A stretch of 27,451 nt of DNA, from IMG/VR virus record IMGVR_UViG_3300018489_000278. One strand, given 5' to 3'. The notes below the pieces were generated by a model. That model worked only from the letters and a program-made list of their open reading frames with translations. It searched no databases and was not told the origin of the DNA. Of the stretch, positions 1 through 8,099 are shown in pieces. Origin of the DNA: a virus (taxonomy: Duplodnaviria > Heunggongvirae > Uroviricota > Caudoviricetes). The position numbers and the translations under genes are program-made. Each line of letters opens with the position of its first letter. Positions within the stretch are counted from its first letter, which is position 1.

Positions 1-70
1 AGAGAGTCTGAATAATCTTGTATGGCGAATATTAGCAATTGGCAACAATAACGGAGAGCGAAATGAATAG
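1..70 (+). CDS. 3' end of an upstream gene truncated by the window edge (…ESLNNLVWRILAIGNNNGERNE*)
   Basis: Frame starting at position 2 is open to TAG 68-70 and overlaps the ATG at 63, consistent with translational coupling. Confidence 0.45.
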   Translation, partial: ESLNNLVWRILAIGNNNGERNE

Positions 71-1061
71 GAAAGAACTTATAGAGTTTTATCAAGAGTT
101 TTATCAAGTTGATCATTTGCCAGATATTGTTAATAAGTCGCTGCATATTCCCGACGACGATGTTTTCGTTGCGAGTTTATTCGATCAGGATTTCGTTGAT
201 GAGTTTATTATAGAAAATAGGGTTAAAAACTTAAATTTATTGTATTACGATAAAGCAAGTCTTTCAACTGTTTACGCTATTCCTTTTTTAGAACAAGCTG
301 ATTGTTTGTCAGTAAATGTTTTAAGGCTTATCAATTATCAAAGATATATTCATCCAAGTTCTGTTGATGCATTAGACATAGAAAAAATGCAGTTTGTTTT
401 TGGTCCAGATCCTGCCTTATTTCAGAAAATTTTGAAGATGTACGAACTTTATACAGGAGAAAGATATAGAGTTGTGCCAACAATTCCTAAGATAAGAGAA
501 AGAAAGCTGTCAGCGTATGTAATAGTTGGTGTACCTAATTCAGGTAAATCTACATTAGCGAAAAGTATTGTCAATAACATTAACGAGCCCGTGAGACTTA
601 TTGACAGCGATAATTATATACAACAATATGCAGATGAGCATAAAATGACTTTTAATCAAGCTTATGAGACTCTGACAGAGAAGAATCTGTGGGCGCCGGT
701 TGTTGATATTCCATTAAACAATGCAATTGCCTCTGCTATTACCAATAAAGAGAATATTGTTATTTGTAGGACAGGTTTGTCTAAAAAGAATAGAGACAGG
801 ATATTGGAGAGAATCAGTAAGAATTATAACATTAAACTGTCTGTTCTTTTGCTTTCGCTTCCTAAAGCTCTTGAAGTGAATCAACAAAGAACTGATAGAA
901 CATTACCCGAGGAGAGGATTTTGCAATTTGCTAACAGGACAAACATACCTCGTCCTTATGAGTACGATAAGCTTTTTCATGTCGTCGTGGATCATTTGTC
1001 CGTTGAAACTATGAGCTTAACCACAGTGAAAGTTAACGAAAGAGCAGGCATAGAGAGGTAG
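63..1061 (+). CDS. Unknown N-terminal domain fused to a P-loop kinase domain (AAA_33 / polynucleotide-kinase-like)
   Basis: Walker A GVPNSGKST, then LIDSD and an R-rich lid (QQRTDRTLPEERI) typical of PNK/AAA_33 kinases. ATG 63 has GGAG at 53-56; the ORF track uses TTG 39. Ends …AGIER. Confidence 0.65.
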   Translation: MNRKELIEFYQEFYQVDHLPDIVNKSLHIPDDDVFVASLFDQDFVDEFIIENRVKNLNLLYYDKASLSTVYAIPFLEQADCLSVNVLRLINYQRYIHPSSVDALDIEKMQFVFGPDPALFQKILKMYELYTGERYRVVPTIPKIRERKLSAYVIVGVPNSGKSTLAKSIVNNINEPVRLIDSDNYIQQYADEHKMTFNQAYETLTEKNLWAPVVDIPLNNAIASAITNKENIVICRTGLSKKNRDRILERISKNYNIKLSVLLLSLPKALEVNQQRTDRTLPEERILQFANRTNIPRPYEYDKLFHVVVDHLSVETMSLTTVKVNERAGIER

Positions 1062-1099
1062 TTATGTTTTTTTAAATATTACACATAGGAGGTGTAAGA

Positions 1100-1945
1100 A
1101 TGAGTGAAATGGTTAGATTAGTAGAAGAAGTAAAGGTTACTTCTAATGACGGAAGAGAATTGACTTTGCATTTTTTGAACGAAGAAGTAGTAAAAGCTGT
1201 TTTAGAGAAGTTAGCAGAGGCAGAAGTTAAGCCTAAATGGTATAACACTCCTGACAAGAGGTTTACAGTTGGTGTTAGCTTTAAAGATGTCCAGGTATCG
1301 CATAATAGAGAGGGTAAAGTTGATGGCATCATTATTTATCCTGTCGTTTCTCAGTATTTCTTTGATAGAGATGCTAAGAAAAGAGTTAAAACTACTATAA
1401 GTGAAGACAAAACGATGCCTAGACTCAAACAAGCAATCGAGAAGTTTAATGAACAGTTTATTGTAAAAAATGAGAATGGCAAAACTACGAGAATTCTTGC
1501 AAAAGTAGATTTATCTAAAAAACAAACAGACAAAGAAGGCCAACCTTATACGAGTAAACATCTTTATATGTTTGTTGCTTTTGATACATATAAGATGAGA
1601 CAAGATCTAAAAGCAAACAATATTGATGAAACTAAAGAATATACAAAAGATGATGCTGTTGCAGCGCTTACGCCTGTTCTTTCTGACTTCTTGAAGAAAG
1701 ATGTTGAAGGTAAGATTAGTATTCTTGTAGATGATATCGCGAAGGCAACTGAGTATAAAAAAGAGCAAAGTCAAACACAAAAACAGAATCAGTATAGACA
1801 ACAGAATGCACAACAACAGCAACAACAACAGCAAAAACAAGAGCAACAACAACAGGAAGAAGATAACAATTTTGTAGATGAAGTAGAAAATGAAGATCTG
1901 CCCGACGGGATTTTTAATAGAGGCAGAGGCGAGGAAGAGCGTTGA
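1100..1945 (+). CDS. Putative diverged single-stranded DNA-binding (OB-fold) protein with poly-Q linker and acidic tail
   Basis: SSB-like segments FTVGVS and KVDLSKKQTDKEGQPYT, a Q-rich linker and an acidic tail EDLPDGIF resembling the SSB DDDIPF tail. Strong SD AGGAGGTG. Ends …GEEER. Confidence 0.4.
   Translation: MSEMVRLVEEVKVTSNDGRELTLHFLNEEVVKAVLEKLAEAEVKPKWYNTPDKRFTVGVSFKDVQVSHNREGKVDGIIIYPVVSQYFFDRDAKKRVKTTISEDKTMPRLKQAIEKFNEQFIVKNENGKTTRILAKVDLSKKQTDKEGQPYTSKHLYMFVAFDTYKMRQDLKANNIDETKEYTKDDAVAALTPVLSDFLKKDVEGKISILVDDIAKATEYKKEQSQTQKQNQYRQQNAQQQQQQQQKQEQQQQEEDNNFVDEVENEDLPDGIFNRGRGEEER
1811..1855 (+). repeat. Imperfect (CAA/CAG)n trinucleotide tract encoding poly-glutamine
   Basis: caacaacagcaacaacaacagcaaaaacaagagcaacaacaacag read directly; encodes QQQQQQQQKQEQQQQ. 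Confidence 0.9.
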
Positions 1946-1970
1946 GGATAAAAATTAGAGAAAAAGACTA

Positions 1971-2549
1971 ATGAATAATACTATACGGTATCAAGTGATA
2001 AAACAACACATAATAAATTTAATAAAACGAGTTGAACCTGATTTGATACCGTATAGTAAATCTAGCGGAAAAATGTGGATTACACAAGGATTTTATTATG
2101 CAGTAGATAAACATGAGACGCACGTAGATGTAAATAACGCTTTTGTAGAAATATTTAAAGAAAATGGGTATGAGACTAAACTTGAATACGGACAAGGTTA
2201 TACCGATGATGTAAAAGATAGAAGAGGAAGAATTGATGCATTTGCTACAAAAGGAAATGTTATGTGTGCTTGGGAATTTGATACAGGCATTACACCTAAA
2301 TATAAAAGCATAGAAAAAGTAATCAACTTATATAAGCAGAATACAGATAAGCAATTTTATGGTTTTCTCGCAGTAAGAGGTTCGTCAAAAGTCAATAAAG
2401 AGGATTTTGCAGAAACTGTTGCTAAGATCAATAAATTCGCTAAAGTTGATTTTCCTTTGTATATTGTCTATCTCTCTACCAATTATATCGCTAGATATCA
2501 AAGAGTTCGCACACCGTGCGAAAAACAAGGAGAAGCTAAAAATGGTTAG
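1971..2549 (+). CDS. Putative PD-(D/E)XK-superfamily nuclease-like protein
   Basis: Motif GRIDAFAT…CAWEFDTG (ID…ExD variant) followed by the KSIEKV helix. Confidence 0.45.
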   Translation: MNNTIRYQVIKQHIINLIKRVEPDLIPYSKSSGKMWITQGFYYAVDKHETHVDVNNAFVEIFKENGYETKLEYGQGYTDDVKDRRGRIDAFATKGNVMCAWEFDTGITPKYKSIEKVINLYKQNTDKQFYGFLAVRGSSKVNKEDFAETVAKINKFAKVDFPLYIVYLSTNYIARYQRVRTPCEKQGEAKNG

Positions 2550-3211
2550 AATAGGTCTTAGCGATAATTTAGAGCAGAATATGATGTTAATAGGTTTTTT
2601 ATCTGAAAATAATTATGTTCAGGACAAGATATCTAGAGACCCTCAAACAGGTACTACCGGCATTCCTAATATTGTATACGATCAGTTTAAAGAACAGGCA
2701 AATAACGAGTATATTAATAAAGCTTGGCTTAATATTAACGGAGATTATCCAATTTTTATTAATATGCCTATTATTTACATAATGCACGACATACTTCGTT
2801 CTGCAAGACAATACAAGAAAGAGGGCAACTTGTGTATTATGGATATTATTAAACAGGCTTGGAGAGATTATGACTTTTTCTTATCGTATCAAGACGAAGA
2901 AGAGAGAGACAGATGGAAGAATTTTGATATTCTTGTTAAAACTAAAGATAAGGTAGAAAAAGTCATGTTAGTCCTATATCATATGATATTTTTGACAATG
3001 CTTTTATATTCTCTATTTTGGATAAACTTAATGATATATATTATGTTGAAGAGATATGCAGTATTTCTGTTTTAGATGATATTCCCGTAGTTATATCTAC
3101 TATCAAAAAGAGAAGAAAGGTGATGTAGTCAGTAAATTGGTTGGCAGTTTACATTTGTTTTATGAGAATTTGGTTGTAAAGAGTATGCAAAGTTCGTCTA
3201 GCAGCATATGA
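2542..3211 (+). CDS. Hypothetical protein, probably broken by two homopolymer frameshifts
   Basis: ATG 2542 has SD AAGGAG and overlaps the previous stop; the track start at 2407 is a shadow extension. Adding one A at A5 2957-2961 and one at A5 3105-3109 extends the frame to TGA 3209-3211, just before the next SD. As sequenced, it stops at 3075. Confidence 0.5.
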
Positions 3212-3234
3212 TTTATATAAGTAAGGAGGTTAAC

Positions 3235-3623
3235 ATGTATTACAAGCAAAATTGTGGGAAGAAAATATGGATAGAAAAAATAGCAGTAGAAAAAAGAAGG
3301 TGTCTAACATGTCTTTAGATAGTAAGATTATTACTACATTAGATGCCGTTAGCGGTTATGTCCGTGAGTTGAGAGATCATTATGAAGGTGTTGTTAAGGA
3401 TAAGACCTTTAAATTATTGGTTGATAATTTAAACGATAAAGTTGAGTTACTGAAATTCTACATAATGGGTAGCGACGACGTGTATGATGGAGACGGAGAA
3501 GATGGTAACGTGATAGTGAGGCAAAATATTAGAAAGATTAGTAAAAAATCAGATCCTATAGAACAAACTATATTAGATCTGGAGGAGTTAAAAAAGAGAA
3601 TACAAGATGAGAGAGGAAGGTGA
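3235..3623 (+). CDS. Hypothetical protein (track ORF 3252..3623)
   Basis: SD AAGGAGGT 3223-3230 precedes ATG 3235, which joins the track ORF if one A is added at A4 3248-3251 (MYYKQKLWEENMDR…). An in-frame ATG at MDRKN is an alternative start. Confidence 0.55.
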
Positions 3624-3628
3624 TACAA

Positions 3629-4209
3629 ATGGGTTTTTTGTTTAACGAAGATTTTCATGATGAAGATTTTTTGAAAAACCAGAAGTAACATTGCAGGACA
3701 TCAAAGATATTCTCGCAAGGACAGGGCTAGATATTATATGGGACATCGATAAAATTCTCGATGTTTTGTATGACATATCAGGTAAAAAATGGACTTTCGA
3801 GGGTTATTTCAAACAAGAAGATCATAATTTTTTCTTTATTTCATGCGCTCCTGGTGGCATTGTTCTTGAAGACGATCCAAAAGATTTACATCCTGCTTTA
3901 TATTTTATGTACAAGGAGAGAATCAAAAAAGTGGCAGATCCCGTTTTCACAGAGGAAGAAATGTGGGATACGATAAGAAGAGCAGGAGGCACTAATGGTC
4001 TTGCAATATTAGATAGTTATCCACTAACAGCAGCGCAGTCTCAGAAAATTAGGCAACTATTAGACTATCAACAGCTTAAAAAACAGATAGAAAAAACAAG
4101 AGAGATATCAAGTAAAGAAGCTTCAGAGAAGATAGACAAAATGTCTAAGACTCCTGCGTTTAAAAATGTAGTGAATAAAATATTTGGAAAAGATGACATG
4201 GAGAGGTGA
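3629..4209 (+). CDS. Hypothetical protein ending …KDDMER (track ORF 3691..4209)
   Basis: SD GGAAGG plus ATG 3629. One extra A at 3674-3678 joins MGFLFNEDFHDEDFLK to KPEVTLQDIKD…. Confidence 0.6.
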
Positions 4210-4212
4210 CAA

Positions 4213-4791
4213 ATGGATAAATACGAAGAAATGTATAACGAGATAAAACAGAAAAACGGAGTATCTTTCGTAAGCACTGAATCACGTGTTAAATATTTGC
4301 GAAACGAGGCAAGTAAAATTCTTCCAACAACACCGTATAACGATACTGATGACTGCGTTGACATAATATACAAAGGTAGAGTTTTTTATGTAGAATCAGC
4401 TTTGTTTGAGCATCTACCACTATATGCAAAAATCTTGCACTTACCTTCATATGATTATGTAAGGATAGTGACATATTTGCCAGAAAAACCTAATGAGTTT
4501 TATGACTTTTATTATCCCATTTTGCCAGAAGAAGTTGATAGCGTTCTCTCCATGTTTTATGATTTAGTGTTTTGCAGTGATCCAAGTCTTCCTGAAGAAG
4601 AGAAAGAAAGATTGGAACGTAACGCTGGGATAGTGTTCTCAAATCTATTTCTGAAAAACATGGATTTGTCAAGGATAGTTTATGGTGGACCTGAGAAGAG
4701 AATACCGAAACTTGGACCAGAATTTTATATAGTAGAAAACAGCAAGTCTAATAACCAACGAAATAATACAGCAGAAGAGAATGAAAGATGA
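4213..4791 (+). CDS. Hypothetical protein ending …AEENER
   Basis: 192-aa ORF coupled to both neighbours (SD inside the previous stop region; ATGA overlap downstream). No recognisable family. Confidence 0.7.
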   Translation: MDKYEEMYNEIKQKNGVSFVSTESRVKYLRNEASKILPTTPYNDTDDCVDIIYKGRVFYVESALFEHLPLYAKILHLPSYDYVRIVTYLPEKPNEFYDFYYPILPEEVDSVLSMFYDLVFCSDPSLPEEEKERLERNAGIVFSNLFLKNMDLSRIVYGGPEKRIPKLGPEFYIVENSKSNNQRNNTAEENER

Positions 4792-5192
4792 GAAAATATA
4801 AAGATAGAGTAATGCTTGGTATTTTACTATTTTTGGTAGGGTACTATTTCAACGCTATTTTATATTTTAGGAATCCTTTATTCCAAGAGTGGCTTTTAGG
4901 CAAGTATTGTATAGGTGATATCTTCTATGTTACAAGTATTTCACTTTGGCTATCTGTTCTTTACGAAAAATTGTATAAGAAAGATATGAAAAATTTTAGT
5001 AAAGATCTTGTATTGTTAGGACTATTATTTTGGTGTTTAGGATATTGTTCAAATTGTTTTTTATTCCCTAGATATCGATTATTCAACGATATTATCTATT
5101 TTGACAAAGGTGTTTATAGTATCGGAGATATATTTCTTTTTACTGGTTATTCAACGATTTTATCTATAGTGTGGCGGGGAGGTGATAATTAA
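4788..5192 (+). CDS. Small multi-pass membrane protein with an internal duplication (loosely DUF5317-like)
   Basis: About four hydrophobic segments. Repeated motif GKYCIGDIFYVTS / GVYSIGDIFLFTG. The family resemblance is by eye only. Confidence 0.5.
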   Translation: MRKYKDRVMLGILLFLVGYYFNAILYFRNPLFQEWLLGKYCIGDIFYVTSISLWLSVLYEKLYKKDMKNFSKDLVLLGLLFWCLGYCSNCFLFPRYRLFNDIIYFDKGVYSIGDIFLFTGYSTILSIVWRGGDN

Positions 5193-5473
5193 ATGAAAAA
5201 CAAAGATGTAATGTTGTTCAAAAAGCCTGAGGATACTTTTGTAGAAGATCCTAAATTGGATAGTTTGAGAAAAACTATGTCTGAGCTGTTTGACTATCAG
5301 CAAAAACTTGTGAAAAGTGTAAAAACATAGATCCAGATTTGTATGAGGCAATGTCTGTATGTTTGAATAATTTGAGAACAGCTATTCAGTTATCTATAGA
5401 TTTAGCTTATTACAACAAAGAGCAATCAGTATTGCAACAAGCGAGAAGAAGTAACAGTGATTTTGAGCGTTAA
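5193..5473 (+). CDS. Hypothetical ~93-aa protein not in the ORF track, one homopolymer frameshift, ends …NSDFER
   Basis: SD GGAGGTG 5179-5185, ATG 5193. One extra A at 5302-5306 joins MKNKDVMLF…YQQK to TCEKCKNIDPDLYE…ARRSNSDFER* (TAA 5471-5473). Confidence 0.6.
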
Positions 5474-5501
5474 TTAAATTAAAATACGAAGGAGGCTTAA
5501 T

Positions 5502-5714
5502 ATGGATATTGAAAGAAGTTTAGAAGTTAAGAAAGAAGAAAGAAAAGATTTGGTTTTAGCAGACGGGAGTATCGTCCCAGAAGAGAAAAGGACTCGTTGT
5601 GAAATTTGGAGTAGACCTGTTGGTTATTTAAGGCCAGTTCAACTCTACAACAAAGGGAAACAGGAAGAATTTAAAGAGCGTAACAGTTTTAAAGTTTCAG
5701 AAGATCAAAAGTAA
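5502..5714 (+). CDS. Stand-alone NrdD-type (class III ribonucleotide reductase) C-terminal glycyl-radical domain
   Basis: CEIWSRPVGYLRPVQLYNKGKQEEFKER matches the NrdD C-terminal consensus C-x3-SRxxGY(L)RP…NxGKxxEF. Only 70 aa, with its own SD GAAGGAGG. Confidence 0.8.
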   Translation: MDIERSLEVKKEERKDLVLADGSIVPEEKRTRCEIWSRPVGYLRPVQLYNKGKQEEFKERNSFKVSEDQK

Positions 5715-5739
5715 ATTTAAAAAATAGAAGGAGGTACAG

Positions 5740-6336
5740 ATGCCAACATTAAATAGTAGAAATAAGTCAGACAAAGAAGTGTGTGAGTTGATGAGGTTAA
5801 AGCCTAACTTTTTAGAGCTTGATTTTAAAGGAAAGAATACAACAGAGGAAAAATTTAATTATTTGTTAAGCAAGTACAAAGAAACAATCGTGCAGAACAC
5901 TTGCTCCAAAGTTGCAGAAAACGAATTAAAAGAATACGCAGTGCAGTTAGATGAAGTTGTTGACTACCTGTTGGGGATCAAGGATTACAATGCCTTATGT
6001 CCGAAAGCGCAGAGAGTCATGATGTTCTTGCTTTCATGCACTTCTGTGTGGTATTGCAATAACAACAAATTGTTTGACTTTGAAAAGAAAGATGTGGATA
6101 GAGCATTAAAGTTAATTTATGCAGATGTACTTCCTGAATTCAGAAAACAAGTTATAAGGAATTTTTTAGAAAGAAATGAAATTGTAATTCGTTGCTTGTC
6201 TGATTATGACAAAAATGTGTTGGATAATCCGGACATTAATGATACTATTTGTATGTATAAATTAGGACTGCCTCTATTTTTTGTTCGCAACTACAGGAAG
6301 AGGCACAATATTATATCATGTGATGGGGAGGTATAA
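5740..6336 (+). CDS. Hypothetical protein
   Basis: 198-aa ORF with SD GAAGGAGGT. No recognised motif. Confidence 0.7.
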   Translation: MPTLNSRNKSDKEVCELMRLKPNFLELDFKGKNTTEEKFNYLLSKYKETIVQNTCSKVAENELKEYAVQLDEVVDYLLGIKDYNALCPKAQRVMMFLLSCTSVWYCNNNKLFDFEKKDVDRALKLIYADVLPEFRKQVIRNFLERNEIVIRCLSDYDKNVLDNPDINDTICMYKLGLPLFFVRNYRKRHNIISCDGEV

Positions 6337-6702
6337 GTGGAAGAAAATAATACCATAGATAAAAGGATAGAACAGTTGGATGAGAATATTCAATTAATAC
6401 ATGAGAATTTGAAATACTTACTTGGTCTTTTAAAAAAACTTGCGGAAGAGGATTCTATAAGTCACGTTAACATAGAAGAGCGAGCAGATGAAATAGCAAT
6501 ACCTGAAAGTAATCGTAGAGCTAAGAATCCTCATCGGTTTACTAATACTGCAGAAAAAGTACGTGGTACGATGAAGCTATTGCAGGATCTTTTCGATAAG
6601 CTTACTATTATAACTAATGATTTTTATATAGATCTTGACGATTTAGTAAGTGAAGAATACAGAAAATATAGAAAAGAATTGAGTATTCAAGAAGAACGGT
6701 AA
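6337..6702 (+). CDS. Hypothetical helical/coiled-coil protein ending …IQEER
   Basis: GTG start with SD GGGGAGG; heptad-like N-terminus. Confidence 0.7.
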   Translation: MEENNTIDKRIEQLDENIQLIHENLKYLLGLLKKLAEEDSISHVNIEERADEIAIPESNRRAKNPHRFTNTAEKVRGTMKLLQDLFDKLTIITNDFYIDLDDLVSEEYRKYRKELSIQEER

Positions 6703-6709
6703 AAAAATG

Positions 6710-6718
6710 TGTTATAAT
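6710..6718 (+). promoter_or_regulatory. Extended -10 element (TGnTATAAT) upstream of the 6745 gene
   Basis: TGTTATAAT in the intergenic gap. No good -35 at 17 bp. Confidence 0.4.
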
Positions 6719-6744
6719 ATAATTGAAAAGTATGGAGGTGTTCA

Positions 6745-7665
6745 ATGACAGAAAACGCGAGTATGAAAGATATAATTGAAGCATTAGATGAGGTTTGTTA
6801 TAAAACTGTTGGTATACATTATGTTCCTATTCAGTCTCTTGATATTTATGAGACAATAGAAGCACCGCCAAAAGCGGTCAAAACTCTATCGAAGTTGAGG
6901 GCTTTTGCAGATATAAAGCCACAACCTAATTTAGATAGTATTGTTTCTGATATTATAATCTTGTCTCTTTCTGAGAAGAATTTTGTCCACGAATTGGTTA
7001 GAAGCAGAATGCCCGATGCAGATTTTTCAGATCATCCTGTTAAAGATCTTATTCTTGCTATAAAATCTAATCTATATGCGTTGTATCAAGAAACACTAGA
7101 TAAATTAGCGGAAAATAAAAAGTCACCTAAAGAGATATTAGAGGATTATTTCAAAGAAAGAACAGACATTGTAGAAAATGCTTTCAGTTATCCGTCTAAG
7201 ACAATTCTACAATTTAGAAGCAAAGAAATTCCTTTTGATGAAGCAATTGCATCTGCTAATTCAATGATTACAAAAATGGGTATAAGTTTTAAATACATTC
7301 CTATTTTGTATGGCAGGAAGTTAGGACACCGTTTGCCTTATCAACCGAATTATAAGATAAGGAAATTATCAGAAGAAATCCTTCAGTCCGACGGTAACAA
7401 TATAGATAAGATGTCTCTGTTAGCAGATGTGTATGACTATATATTTGAGTTAATGAAAACAGAGGAAAATGAAATGCACCTGCAGAATCCTACACTGGAT
7501 GTGTTTAGGCAAAACATTCCTATATTAATAAGTAGATTAAAATATGGCACAGATGAGGACAAAGAAAGGATTGCTATGAGGATAGAATCTCTGTTCAGTG
7601 TTTACTTTAAAGAGAGACAAAACGCTGTAAAATTACAAGGATATGTTCATACAGAGGAAAGGTAA
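6745..7665 (+). CDS. Hypothetical protein ending …HTEER
   Basis: 306-aa ORF with SD GGAGGTG. No recognised motif. Confidence 0.75.
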   Translation: MTENASMKDIIEALDEVCYKTVGIHYVPIQSLDIYETIEAPPKAVKTLSKLRAFADIKPQPNLDSIVSDIIILSLSEKNFVHELVRSRMPDADFSDHPVKDLILAIKSNLYALYQETLDKLAENKKSPKEILEDYFKERTDIVENAFSYPSKTILQFRSKEIPFDEAIASANSMITKMGISFKYIPILYGRKLGHRLPYQPNYKIRKLSEEILQSDGNNIDKMSLLADVYDYIFELMKTEENEMHLQNPTLDVFRQNIPILISRLKYGTDEDKERIAMRIESLFSVYFKERQNAVKLQGYVHTEER

Positions 7666-7672
7666 CAGAATA

Positions 7673-7701
7673 TTGACTTTTATGTATTGCCATGATATAA
7701 T
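7673..7701 (+). promoter_or_regulatory. Sigma70-type promoter for the parM-containing operon
   Basis: TTGACT 7673-7678, 17-bp spacer, TG at 7693-7694, TATAAT 7696-7701. Confidence 0.75.
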
Positions 7702-7750
7702 GCTTTTGAAAGGTTATTTTATAAGCCTGTTTTTACGAAGGAGGTAAAAA

Positions 7751-8070
7751 ATGGGACAAGATGATTTTACAGTAGGGCGAAAAATTGCATGGAAAGATGA
7801 AGAAGTTTAATAAAAGCAATACCTGAGACTGATAGGGAATTGATAAACTTGTTAACACAACTTTCTGACACAATAGACAAAATGCAAAGTGGCGAGTATG
7901 ATAAAGTAGAGACTCTTGCTCTATATGACAAACAGATAGAATTATTGCGGGAAATGATTAAGAGTGTAAGAAAGCAAAAAGAAAATCAGAAAGAATTTTA
8001 TGCTGTTAAAGAGGAAATGAGCAAATTAAAACTTATCAACGATGTAGATGAGACGTTGGATAAGGATTAA
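7751..8070 (+). CDS. Small helical protein upstream of parM, candidate partition adaptor (track ORF 7840..8070)
   Basis: SD GAAGGAGGT plus ATG 7751. One extra T at 7806-7808 gives MGQDDFTVGRKIAWKDEEVLIKAIPETDRELINLL…DKD. The adaptor role is inferred from position only. Confidence 0.5.
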
Positions 8071-8099
8071 CTTTTTAGAAAGTAAGGAGGTTATTGACT

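Noticed and set aside
2407-2541. Track N-terminal extension of the 2407..3075 ORF
   Set aside because: Overlaps the previous gene by 140 bp; ATG 2542 has the SD.
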